Notes under the pieces: generated by a model
Database searches by the model: none
Seen by the model: only the letters and a program-made list of their open reading frames with translations
Told to the model about the DNA's origin: nothing
Program-made: the position numbers and the translations under genes
Shown: positions 27,782 through 40,462 of the stretch, in pieces
Position numbering within the stretch: position 1 is the first letter of the stretch
Layout of the letters: each line of letters starts with the position of its first letter
Origin: the human T2T-CHM13v2.0 reference genome, Homo sapiens
Length of the DNA stretch: 64,000 nt
Strand: one strand, 5' to 3'
NCBI RefSeq assembly: GCF_009914755.1
Contig: NC_060933.1

Positions 27782-28619
27782 GTAATGCTTGCTGCCGGCA
27801 AACAGCATGACAATGCCCCAAAATAGAGCAAGCCAGTCAATTGCTCAAGACAGCCTCTTGTTGCACACAGAAGCTAAAAGCTTCTGTAGTTTCTCTCTAA
27901 TGTGACTATGAAATGGTAATAGAACGGCTAGGATTCTGAGCGGTTAAATTCGTACTAGTATAGCCCAAGAATCCTTCAAAGAAAAGCATCTTTAAAAAAG
28001 GGATTGGGGGATATGCTTACCCCTGGGCTCTTGAAAGTTTTCTACTGTCGATATTTCTATTTGATGGTGCAAGTATTCTCCAGAAGTCAGTGTACTTTTA
28101 AAAACTGTAACAACTCTATACTGCGTAGTTATCCAAAGAGTGGTACAAAATGTACGGTAAATGAGATTGCAGTTTACTCACAGCTTTCAGGGCCTATTCC
28201 CCAGTTTTAGTGGCACAAACTTGGAGGCTGTGCTGACAGGGTTTGCCAACAGGATTCTATCTTAGTAGGCTTATTAGTGTTTTGCTCTTGGCTTTCTGTT
28301 CAGAGACTTTTCTCTCTGAAAAATATTTTTGAACTTTGGTTGATGATGAAACTAGAGACATTGTCATTCTTGAGAAAATTTGTTTGGAAGCAGAAGTAAA
28401 TCAACTAAAGTTGTTTGAGTTTATTTTCATTCTACTCTTGTGGCAAAGAATGAGAGAGAAAAAACAAAAGGGTGGAAAGTTAACCAGTGTTTATTGAGCA
28501 CTTACTATGGGCCATGCCAAGGGCTAGACACTTCATGTATGTTTTCCTCTTGAAGCTGTGTAACAACTTGGGTATTATTCTCATTTGAAAAATGTGGAAA
28601 TGGAATCAAAGGAATTATC

Positions 28620-29150
28620 TATTTATTCATTCACAAACTCATTCACTAAGTAACTATTTTTCTCGCACTTACTGAATATCAAGCACTGAGCAAAACATTA
28701 GGAATAAAAAGGAGAATAAGTAATACTTCCTACCCTTGTGGAGGTTACAGTCTAATGGAGGTATCACACCAAAAAAAATAATAAGTATATAATTACAAAT
28801 TCTAATAAACAAATGTTGGAAATTTAAAAAATGTAAAAAATAAGAGATAGGGGACATATTTTCACCTGTGGCTCGATGAAGGTCTCAGGGAGGGGAAATT
28901 TAAGCTTTGACCTTGAAGGAAGAAGCGTTAGCCGTAGGGACATCAGCAACAACAACAAAAGTACTTCAGGCAGAGTAGTGTGTGCAAAGTCCCCAAGGTG
29001 GGAAACTTGAATTATCCCAGAGGTTGAACCTGATGCCATTGTGGCTGCAGCCTAGTGTTCAAGGGGAACTGTGGCACAGGAGGAAGCTAGAGAGGAAGAT
29101 GAGAACCTATAGACAAGAGGGAAGAATGTGCTGGAGGGTTATAGAGCAAG
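28620..29150 (-). mobile_element. L2 3' end, antisense
   Basis: attcattcac...cctacccttgtggaggttacagtcta...tgtgcaaagtcccc.aggtggga. Confidence 0.65.
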
Positions 29151-29200
29151 GGATGTGAACCCCCTTTATGCTAATCCCCAAGCCTCCACTGTACCACAGT

Positions 29201-29373
29201 AAGTGGTTCTCACAGTGTATTCCATAGATCAGCTACGTCACTATCACCTGGGAACTTGTTAGAAATGCAAATTCTTGAGATCCATCCCAGACCTACTCAA
29301 TCATACACTCTGGGGCCAGCAATCTGTGTTTTAACAAGCTGACATCAATGCATACTCAGTTTGAGATCTATTA
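29201..29373 (+). mobile_element. MER5A-like hAT-Charlie MITE
   Basis: agtggttctca...atcacctgggaacttgttagaaatgcaaattct...ccagcaatctgtgttttaacaagc. Confidence 0.85.
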
Positions 29374-29601
29374 CCTTCATGAAGATGAAAGAACCTTGTT
29401 CCTTTTTCACCTCTCCCTTGCATCTTTCCCACTAACTGGTAATCCTTTCAGTGACCCAGTTATTTTGGTGATAGCACTGTTGTTTAGTATCCAGCTATCA
29501 GCTGCTTATCTTACATTGTGTATTTATTCCATGCCTCCAGGTTCACTCACCTGAGCTCTGTGATGTCATTTGCTCAAACTCTCCATCTCTCTCTGTTACA
29601 G

Positions 29602-29790
29602 GACAATCCGCCCTAACAGTGCAGTGCGCTCCATCTACAAAGCTTCAGGCTGCTCGGATAACCCCAACCGCCATGTCAACTACCTGGAGCACGTCGTTGT
29701 GCGCATCACCATCACCCACCCCAGGAGAGGAGACCTGGCCATCTACCTGACCTCGCCCTCTGGAACTAGGTCTCAGCTTTTGGCCAACAG
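29602..29790 (+). CDS. PCSK5: PCSK5 coding exon (probable exon 12), P domain with RRGDL motif (29723-29737)
   Basis: ctctgttacag| acceptor, AG|gtacag donor, 189 nt, phase 2->2; TIRPNSAVRSIYKASGCSDNPNRHVNYLEHVVVRITITHPRRGDLAIYLTSPSGTRSQLLAN(R). Confidence 0.97.
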
Positions 29791-30195
29791 GTACAGCAGT
29801 GGTCTCTGCCCACCAGTGTAGTAGTCACAGCGACACTCGGCTATTCCTTAGGTAGAAGGGAACAGCTGCTGCTTTCACCTAACCTGGGAACCAGCAGAGG
29901 GGGTGCTTAGATGTCAGGATCTCACTGCTCATAAGTAGAGAGTGTGAAGCTGCCTATAATCTGTAGATGTGGAAAAGTGGGGCATTTAATAGTTGGCTAA
30001 GAAAAGGATGCAGTAGAAAAATTGAAGGCCACTTGTTCTTGATCCTACAAAAGAATTGCAGAGCACTAACTCGTAAGGCCTCTGATATCCCCTCCCCCAC
30101 CATTAAGTATCTGTTGTCATTCGTTACAGATTAACCGAATTCTCTTGCCCAAGCACTTACTTTCAAAACTTAAAGGAAATTCTAATTTTTTAAAG

Positions 30196-30411
30196 CAGGT
30201 GTTAACAGATTTTTTCTGCACAGAGCCAGACAATAAATGTGTTGAGCTGTGTAAGCCAGGTCTTTATCCCAACTACTCAACTCTGCCATTCGAGTACAGA
30301 AGCCACCTAGACAATATAAATGAATACGGGTGCCTGTGTGCCAAATCAAACTTCACTTACTGAGAGGCGCAGGCTAGATTTGGCCTGAGGATTATGGTTT
30401 GCTCACCCCTG
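30196..30411 (+). mobile_element. MER58A-like hAT-Charlie MITE
   Basis: CAGG...caactactcaactctgcc...gtttgctcacccCTG termini; 8-bp TSD ttttaaag/tttttaag. Confidence 0.85.
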
Positions 30412-30435
30412 TTTTTAAGGTTGCCTCTTCAGTCC

Positions 30436-30741
<306 letters not shown>

Positions 30742-31364
30742 GACTCTTCAGTCTTTATTGCCCTAGAGGGTATTCAGTTTCGCTTGTTAGCCTCTCCTCC
30801 CTGCTTCCTCCAAAACACTTCCCCAGCATATAAGTAACTGTATTTTGTACAGGCCAAGATCCTGCTGAGACAATGTGGCCAGAATGTTCTATCACTCATT
30901 TTCTTTTGCTCCCTTGGCTTTTTGAGTGGTTGGGAGCATGGGAGAAAGTTGTTAGCAAGTGGGACCGGAGAGGGGAGATGTCAGCTTTTCTTGTGATCCT
31001 CGTTCTCATGGTGGTTCTAAATGACAAACCACAGCCCAAAGCCTAAAGCTTCTTTGATTTTTTTTTCTCTCAGAAGAACATTTAATGGGAGCAAAAACTT
31101 TCTTATCAGTGGCATATATAGTTCAAATGAAAGTCAACCTTTTATATAGACATAGCCACTTGTCCACACACCAGGTGACCATGGCAGAGGTGATCTTTGT
31201 TAGAACACTAACAACAGGCCAGAGGTGTTGAGAGGCAAGAGGCCCATGAAAGTCTGCACGGCCAACAGTGAGACCGAACTTGCCAGTTGCTTTTAAAAAT
31301 CCCTAACTTCATCTACTATAGGACAGTGAGAAAAGGAGAGAACAATAACTTTTCTGGCTTATAG

Positions 31365-31694
<330 letters not shown>

Positions 31695-34600
31695 CGGAAT
31701 CTGAAATCTTCATGTGCATTTTATTTCTGTGCTTAGACTTGCTGTGTTCTTTCAAATCTGATGTCTTCCATTAGTGTATGGGAAACCTGGGTTTAGTACT
31801 TTAAATGTGATGTGCAGCTTTGCCACAATAAGTGTATGCAGGTGCAAGGAACATAAGGATTCCTCAGCATAGGATCGCTGGGCACTTCCTCATGTCCTCC
31901 TCCCACTGCAGACAAAGAGCCCTCAGCAGGCCGCCTGCAGGGTAATTGCAGGTACCTGCCTGAGGTTTCTTTCCAGCAAGCAAAACTTCAGATACACAAT
32001 TACGTGATTAATGAAAGTCTCTCCAGCTGTGGTTACCGAAGCTAGGGAAGGCCTTTATTTCTTGCTTTTTTTTTTTTTTTCTTTACCATTATTCATCTGG
32101 GTTTAACTTGAAAATGTATCCTGGTGAAATACTGTGAAGTGCAAAGGTTTGCTTCACATGTGTGGATCGTGTTCCCCCGAGCCCCCTTCCTTGTAGAGAA
32201 ACAGTCCCTCCGCTGTTGCTGTTTGCTTGAAAAACTCAACCTCTTCAGCCTGTCTGGGCTCTTCCTGCATATTCCGCTATTTATTTTTGGCTTCCCCTGA
32301 AATGACGTCAGTGAGGAAACTTGTGAGCAGAGGAGCTATGGATTCCATCACAGGCATTTGGTGGATTGCAGTGTTGCTGGCTTCAGGCTCGCATGCATTC
32401 TTCAACAGCCAACATCTGCTTTGCTCTTTGCAAAGTGCTGAACACAAGAGTGCTGCGTGACTTGTGTCGGAGAAAAGAAACAGGCATTTCCGACGTGCGG
32501 TGACCGGCACTCCTATAGCGCACCTCAGTCTCCCTCATCAAGACCACCTGGGAATAAAGTTTGCTCCCAGAATGTGTCTTCTTGGTCTGGAGCAGTTTCT
32601 TCAAGTGTGGCTCTCGTTTATCCTCCATCTCAGTCCTGAAAATAAGTAGCCACTGAAGGGAGGTAGAGAGCCTGGAGATTGGAGGGGGCTGGAGACCCCA
32701 AGAGATGTAAAGGATATTGTGAATTCATTTGTCTACAAGCTCTGCAGAATTATTGCTCTGAGCAGCTGACCCTTTCCATGTGAAACAGCTGCACCCAGTC
32801 CCAAAACCATGAATGGCCACCTTCCAAGGCCTGGCTCCCCCGTTCCTGCTGTGCTTGACACTGGTAGCGTCCCTCCTACCGAGGCAGCTAAAGAAAGACA
32901 GTTTCTTTTGGCACTCTATCCATCTGGAGTATTCTGAAGCTTTCATTTCATTAGAGGAAACTTCTCCTCAAAACCTCTCAGTCTCTGACCTAGTGGCAAG
33001 GAGGCCTCATGCCCTCTCACCTTGGCCCCATTTCAAAGCACATTCCCAGAATGGAGAGCTGGGAACAAGGGCATAGAAAGGGGTGGAGAGGAGGTGAAGC
33101 AAAGGCCTGCTTTGGTCCTGGTGTCCTTCATGTTGGTATGCAAGGCAGTCCGTCTCTGTGGTGGGGAAAAAAAATGAAGAGGTCAGGTTTTAGAAGGAAT
33201 TTGCCAGAGATGATTGGTAAGAGCAATAAATATTTCCCCTGCCAGACCCTTGTCTTTTTTTCAGAGAAGTCAAGATTTCTCAGGAGGACCATGTAAAGCA
33301 AAGAACAAAGATTTTTTTTTTAAATAAGAATTCTGAAAAGTTTAAAACAATGTTTCCCTAGCAGAGGTGGTTTGAGATGCAGATGTTGGCTTCTTGTGGC
33401 AGACTTTTCCTCATTTTATCTGTCCTACCCCTCTGGGGGTAGGGGTGATTCTTTTCATCCCGAATTAGAATTTCCAACACTGCACACTTAACTAGCCTGG
33501 CAGCCAACGTGGAAAACTCCCCAAGGCCTTTGAAGCAGCTCCTCTGCTCCATGGCTTACTCACAGCAGGCTGCGTGTTGGCTCCTGGGAGAAGGAACCAG
33601 AATCTGGAGGCTCACTTGGCATCACCTCTCCTTTGCAATGAAAGAACCAGAGACCAGACAATGAGGATGAAGCAGAGGGGGAGAGTCCAGAGGACAGTGC
33701 TCTCCTTTTCAGTATTGACAAAATATACGTCCTATCTGGGGACCTGAAACTATGGTCACTATTTATGGTTGGCTTTCCAGAAGTCCTCATTTACTTAGAC
33801 ATTTCAGTGAGGAATTTCTTCAGAATTGTTTATCTCCTCACCACAGGAATTCCTTGAAAGTCTGTTTTCTGAGAAGTGCTGAACACGTTGATGTAGTCTG
33901 TGTGGGCCGTCTGGAGCCCCTCAGTGGCTCCCTGTCCTGGCTGACGGGCACTTGCCTGAACTCCTGTGAAGAACAGCTGTTGGAGGAGGAACAGTTTCCC
34001 CAAGCATCTGCAGGTGCTAAGCGCTGGAAGGCACTCAGCAGCATTCAGAACTCCAGTCCAGCTTGAGCTCTGTGCCCCATTAGCCCGGCGTGCATGCTCC
34101 CCTGGCAAGCCCCGTGGATCATTCAGTGGGTGTGTGCCGTGGGTCAATGGAGAAGTCCTAGAATGGACTTTCCTTTGCTCTTCCCCTGCCCTCCCACCCT
34201 CTTGGTTCTCCCCTTGGCCTGTATACCCTGCCTAACAAAAAGGCAAATTGAATATTTACAGCAAGTGATTTACTTCCATAAAGAGCATGGAGGTCGAGTG
34301 TGTAGGGAGAAGCCAGGTGGGCTTGGGTCCTTTGAAAATGTTTTTAGATGAGAGCAACTTTAGATATAAGCCTATATACTATGACACATTCAAAGTCTGC
34401 CTGTGTCAAAATTTTTCAAACAAAAGCTTATCCCAGCAGATTCTTTCTTCAGCTGCATCTGTTAGAATTATAAAAAGCTGTCTTTTTTTTTGTTTTGTTT
34501 TTCTGAATCTCCCTTATTGAGTTTTAGATTTAGCTTAGATGTACTGGCCCTCTGTTCCAAATTTTGGCCTCGATTGAAAGGTGAAACTTTGCCTCCCTTT

Positions 34601-34904
34601 CTAAATTTAATTACAGATGAATATCTCTGCTTCTAATTATGGCCTTAAATGGAGAGAAGGTATACTTTCTAATCTGCAAAACCTATGGAGTCCTATAATT
34701 AAATATATTTTAAATGTAGTGTTTATGCTTCAGTCATTTCTGTCACTTCCCTACCCAAATGTTCAATGACAGACTATTGACATTTGTAAGGCATCATGGT
34801 ATATAAATGCATCTGTGGGTTGCAGTAAAAATTACACTTTTGCAGTGAATGTTTTACATTCCAGTAACACCCAACCACGTGAACCTTCTTCCTTCATTCA
34901 AAAG

Positions 34905-35112
34905 AAGGTACAGCCTTTGGAGTTAGACAGAGCTGGGTTTTTCTTGACTTCACTGATATCTGTGTTTCAATTTAGAAAGCCTAATTTCCTCATTTATAAA
35001 ATAGATGTAATAGTATATACCTCACAGGGTTGGTTGGTACACGTATTAAGATCACGTACAGTTACATACTTAGCACAGTGCCTAGCATAGTAAGCACTTA
35101 ATAAGTGGTAAC
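34905..35112 (+). mobile_element. MIR
   Basis: ttcctcatttataaaatag...acctcacagggttg...acttagcacagtgcctagcatagtaagcacttaataa. Confidence 0.75.
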
Positions 35113-35156
35113 TCTTATTTACACAGTGCTTCTCCAAGCACCTGGTACATGACTCT

Positions 35157-35298
35157 ATCAAATGCAGTTGGCTGGGTCCCTCTCCCAAAAAGTCTAATTC
35201 TATCAGTCTGCGGTGAGGTCCAAGGATGTGCATTTCTAATAAGCTCCCAGGTGATCCTGAAGCTGCCTGTCCACAGACCACACTTTAAATAGCAAGGA
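35157..35298. mobile_element. MER5-family MITE fragment
   Basis: tgcatttctaataagctcccaggtgatcctga...gaccacacttt. Confidence 0.75.
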
Positions 35299-38200
35299 TT
35301 TAAAAGATCATCCAGCTTTTTCATACACATTCTTATTACTTTTGTGTCATCAAAAGACTTGGGAGCAGTATGCTGCTGGATGCTGTGCAAGGAAATTACA
35401 AAGGGGCTTATAATATAAAACAGATATTTCAATAAAAGCCATCTACTCTAAAATGAATTAAATCTTGAGGAAGATTAAGTACTTATGTACCCACAAGAAG
35501 GAATGCATTTTGGGGTTGGTGAATGAATTGATAATAGTTTGCATATTGGAAGGTTTTTTACCAAAAAAAAAAAAACTTATCATTTTAGGTATTACAGACC
35601 TCTAGAACCAGTTCCTTTCTCCTTCTCAATCTTTCTTAAAGAAGTAATTGAGATTAGGAAAGAGAGAAAAAGCAAATAGTATGTTTTAAATACCCTGTAT
35701 CAGAAGAAATTATTTAAAACTTACAAAAACCAAACATCTAAAGAAAACCAAAAACTCAACTACAGTGGAGCCAAATGAGTTCTTCAAGCTCTACCTTAAA
35801 TTGTAATGAATCACTTTAAAAAAATAAAAAATAGAAGAGAGAAAAGAGAAAATTTCCAGGAATATTAGCCTGATGTCTAGTTCTGTAGTGGACATAAATA
35901 CCATTTGAATAGTAGTGGATGATTCTGAAATTAAGATCCATTTACAATTTTAGAAATAATTATATGATAACACATAGCTGTCAGTATTTATAAAACATCT
36001 TGTTATTTAGTTGCCATAACATCACAGAAGAATGCTGTGGCCTTGATACATTCACTAGACTCTTTAAGAGGAAGGGAAATAAAGCTTACAGTAATTATGT
36101 AAGTTATTTCCTGAGTTAATTCCTCAAAAGGATATACTACACTTGATGGTCATCTTTTCTACCAGGCTTCATCCAAAGTAGTTTATTTGGAAACCACTTG
36201 CAGGGATAGGGCTGTGGGGCACCATTTTAATAACTGGATGCATAATTTGTGCCATCGCATGCATATATCATTTCATCGAGCACGTGATTATGAAGTCAAC
36301 TTTGACAGGACAGAATTTCACTGCAAGAGAAGTGGATAAAGGCATGGAGTTAATGTACTTAGGCTTTCAGCACACTGGCTCTGCTTTATTGACATTTTAC
36401 CCACACTAATAATGTTGGCATGTGTCTGATCTCTTCACTGTTGGCACAGCGTGGATGTTCACGCTGGGCATTAAGCTTTTTAGTTGATAAAAGAAGATCC
36501 CACAATTGGAATCTCCGTAGCAGGTGTCCATGGTTCGACACTTGATTGTCTTAAGCAAGTATGTTCTTTGCAATGCAAAGCAAACCTACAAGCTATATTA
36601 CCTTTTGTTTTATGCAGAGATGCAGTTTCCTTTAATGTTACAATGGTAGAAAATAAGAAGTAGCTGAAGTATTGAATCCAAGTTAAAACACACAACAATG
36701 TGTACTTATAAAGGACGGAATGAAACTAGCAATGTAAAGCCCAGTTAGGTGATACAACAACCATTGGTGCCTGTTTTTTTTTCCCCATCAACTCTTTCAG
36801 CAAAATGTGATGGTTGTGTTTGGCTGCATTTTCATTCCTCTCCTCAACTCTTATATTCACATGAAATTAATGAACATTCCAACTCTGAATAATGTGAAGA
36901 GACCAGGGGGTGGAAAACTGCTTAGCCACATAGACAGAGCTCATTTATGTTTGGGCTTTGAAACATTTACTTGAATTCTGATTTGTGGATATTTCTTCTT
37001 GGCAGTCAGTTTATATTTAATTTTTGTGCCCGGTGTGATTTGAAAGTGATTGGTAGCAATGAAATGACTTTCAAAGGTGGACAGGAAAGGGTGGAAGGGA
37101 AGAAACGTAGGGTCTGCTAATCCAGCAGTCAAATCATTGACCCATGAGTGATTAAAAGTTGGCTGAGGTTGTGGAAACAAGACTGCCCCTCATGTGATGG
37201 CAGCTTCAAGTCTCCTTTGTAGTTTTTGGATGTGAGGCAATGAGCCAAGTGTTCTGTCTAAACTGTTTGGGAACTGCTTTTAAGTTCGGCACTCTTGGAG
37301 AGGTATTATGTGACAAGTTATTGCTTCAGTGCCCTCAAATGGCACCATGGCCTCAACGAATTAGAGCTTAAGCTGGAGCTGTGGGACTTAAGGAAGGAAG
37401 TGGTTCTAAACTGCTTTTCTGCCTCTAGCCATTTCTATATCAACATATTCCCTTTAACAACATCTCTCTGTTAGAAAGGGCAGTTTGAAAAAGCTCCTCT
37501 TCCCCTTCTCTGTTGTCTTCTTGCCCAACATACACATGTTGTGGGTTTTTAGTGAGGGATTCAATGGATGTAAGTTAAGTATATAATGACACAGCCATTT
37601 CTTCTTGTCCAAGTCTAGTCTTAAGCCATAAACTTGTGAAATGAGCTGATTGTGGTTGTTCAGTGGATTGTAGAATCTCCATAAAGTGCACCATCCTTTC
37701 TCTATTGAGGACCCATTCCAGTGGGAAAATATTCATGTAAAAAGCTACCATCTTCATCCTTGTCACTGTGAGCCAAAGTTGCCAGATCCAACCTGGTTCC
37801 TCATTGAAGTGCCACGCTCCTCTATTTCGAGAGGGAACCTTTATAGATCATATACAGATGTTCTAAAAAGAGAGAGAGAATAGGCTTCATGTCCAGGTAA
37901 ACTTTGAAAATCACTGCCTCCCAGTTAACCCCATTATGGAAATTGATAAAACACATTTGCATATTCTGAAGATCTGAGATGTCCTCTATTAAAGAGTTCT
38001 ACTCATCTGTGTTTGATTCAGCCTTTCCCAAATTTTTTGACCATGGGAGACCTGAGAATGCTGCCTAATAATTTTCATTTTTCTGTCTTTCAAGGGTTCA
38101 GGAACATATAGCAGGTGATTTTCCTGTTTATTGCTTTTCTCTAGGGAATATTGCAAAGTGTTAGCCATTTACCTATCACAATCCAAAATTGTGTTTCTGA

Positions 38201-38780
38201 ACCCTTTAGCTTTAGAATCCTGCTGGCATTTTAGAAAGAGCCTCAGACACACTGATAAAATACGTTTTTAAAAAATCAGAGTTCTAATATACTGTTATAA
38301 GAAGACTGAACTAGTTACTTTTATGTTTAGAAGGGCACATTTTCTCTCAATGGGAAGAGGTACAGAGAAGGTCAAATTATAACCACCAGTTTGTCTGGTA
38401 AACATGAGATTAAAGCAAAGAGAGTTGATTTGTGTGTTCTGAATAGCCATCAAACTTTAGTTACCATAACGTTTGTTACCATTTGTCCCCATTGAAGGAG
38501 AGAAATATCCCAGTAACTGGACATGATTGCCCCTAAGAAAATTTTAGAGATATTTTTCCTCTCTGTTTGCCTCGCTCACTTGCAATATTTTACTCTTTTT
38601 TTATTTTTTTCAGTGAAATAATAGATGAACATCATTTTTTAAAGTTCTGTACAAAAAGGACTTGCCCCGTCTTTCACTTTCCACTATGTAGGTTTCATCT
38701 TTACAGAAAATGTCTTCTGTATCTTTGGGATATTTATTTGGGTAGTCAAGTCTATGCTATATACCTGCATAAGTGATGTG

Positions 38781-39068
38781 TTTATTTATTTGAGACAGAG
38801 TCTCGCTCTGTCATCCAGGCTGGAGTGCAGTGGCATGATCTAGGCTCACTGCAACCTCTGCTTCCTGGGTTCAAGGGATTCTCCTGCCTCAGCCCCCTGA
38901 GTAGTGGGACTACAGGTACACCACCATACCCGGCTAATTTTTGTATTTTTAGTAGAGACGGGGTTTCACCATGTTGGCCAGACTGGTCTGAACTCCTGAC
39001 CTCAGGTGATCTGCCCACCTCAGCCTCTCAAAGTGCTGGGATTACAGGCATGAACCGCTGCACCCACT
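38781..39068 (-). mobile_element. Alu (AluSx-like), antisense
   Basis: tttatttattt tail plus Alu reverse complement. Confidence 0.95.
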
Positions 39069-39329
39069 TATTTCTTAATATGTTAATTTTATACATTATT
39101 AATGTCTCTTTATTCTTGAAAGGGAATCTGTTTGTTTTCTTTCCCTTCATACTTCATATCTTTCAGGATTCCATTGCAGGAAACAGAATAATTCTAGCTA
39201 TTTCAAGCAGGAAGAGATTTTAAACTGCAAATTCGGAGCTTTGGAAATCCCTGGAAGGACTGAAAGAGCAGGATCTAGGCTGGGATTTCAGGCATAACTC
39301 CCTGAACTGGATAAGATTAGTGGGCAGTC

Positions 39330-40045
39330 TTTTTATTGAAGCATAATTTACCTACAATGTAAATTCAGTTTTTTATGTGAATAATTCAGTGAGTTTTGAC
39401 AAATCTGTGTTGCTGTATAGCCACACGCCATTACTTTCAACATATAAAACAATTCTATCACCCTCAAAAATTCCCCATGCCTCTTTTCCTCTCTCCTCCC
39501 CAGCCCCTGGCAACCACTGATCTGTTTCTTTACGTATAATTTTGCCTTTTCTAGAATATTGTATAAATTGAATCATGCAGTATGTAGTCTTTTGTATCTG
39601 GCTTCTTTCACTTAGCATAATGTTTTTTAAATTCATTTATATCATGGTATGTATTAGTAGTTATTACTGGGTAGTTTGTTGTATGGATATACAGTCATCC
39701 ATTTTCAATCTGTGATTGAATTCACACATGCAGAATCCACAGATACAGAGGGCCGACTGTACCATAATTTGTTTACACATTTACCAGTTGATGGACACTT
39801 GAGTTGTTTACAGTTTTGGGGAATTATGAACATTCATATGAAGTTTTTCGTGTGAACATATGTCTTCATTTATCTTGTTTAAATAGGTAGGAGGAGGATT
39901 GTTGAGTTTTATGGTGAGTGTGTGTGTAACTTTATAGGAACTGTCAAACTGTTTTCCAGAGCCTCGTATCATTTTGCACTCCTATCAGCAGTATAAGAGA
40001 GCCCTAGCTCCTCCACGTCTTCAATACTCTGCTGTCAGTCTTGTA
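39330..40045 (-). mobile_element. L1M (L1MB/ME-like) 3' region, antisense
   Basis: ttttattgaagcataattt...cccctggcaaccactgatctg...ttcacttagcataatgtttt...ccagttgatggacac. Confidence 0.85.
39692..39759 (+). mobile_element. Internally deleted MER2-like (Tigger) element with both termini and TA TSD
   Basis: TA|CAGTCATCC...GATACAGAGGGCCGACTG|TA inserted into the L1M sequence gtatggata^taccata. Confidence 0.75.
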
Positions 40046-40325
40046 GGTAGAGTCTTAACCTGGTTTTCCTGATCCCCAGTGGGTTCTCCCTTCCAGATTT
40101 GCTATTACATAGCCAGCCCCAATTCTGTTTCTCTGTGGTAAAACAATGATTTATATATATATGTATATATATATATCTGCAAATTGGTGACATCCAGGAT
40201 GCAGACCAGCTCTAGTGCCCAGCTGAACTTGCTAATGGATACAAAAAACAGTGTCGATTGTGGTATTAACTAGACCCTCATTGGATTTGAAATATCGCAC
40301 ATAACAATGTTTTGTTCACTTTCAG

Positions 40326-40462
40326 GCTATTTGATCACTCCATGGAAGGATTCAAAAACTGGGAGTTCATGACCATTCATTGCTGGGGAGAAAGAGCTGC
40401 TGGTGACTGGGTCCTTGAAGTTTATGATACTCCCTCTCAGCTAAGGAACTTTAAGACTCCAG
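40326..40462 (+). CDS. PCSK5: PCSK5 coding exon (probable exon 13), P domain: LFDHSMEGFKNWEFMTIHCWGERAAGDWVLEVYDTPSQLRNFKTP
   Basis: cactttcag| acceptor, G|gtgag donor, 137 nt, phase 2->1; WxFMTxHCWGE motif. Confidence 0.97.

Noticed and set aside
32227-34520. Dense overlapping ORFs on both strands
   Set aside because: Explained by locally higher GC content; no recognisable domains. Only the 32338 sORF is kept as a candidate.
39373-39636. ORF MNLKNIMLSERSQ...
   Set aside because: Translation of the L1M ORF2 end/3' UTR fossil.
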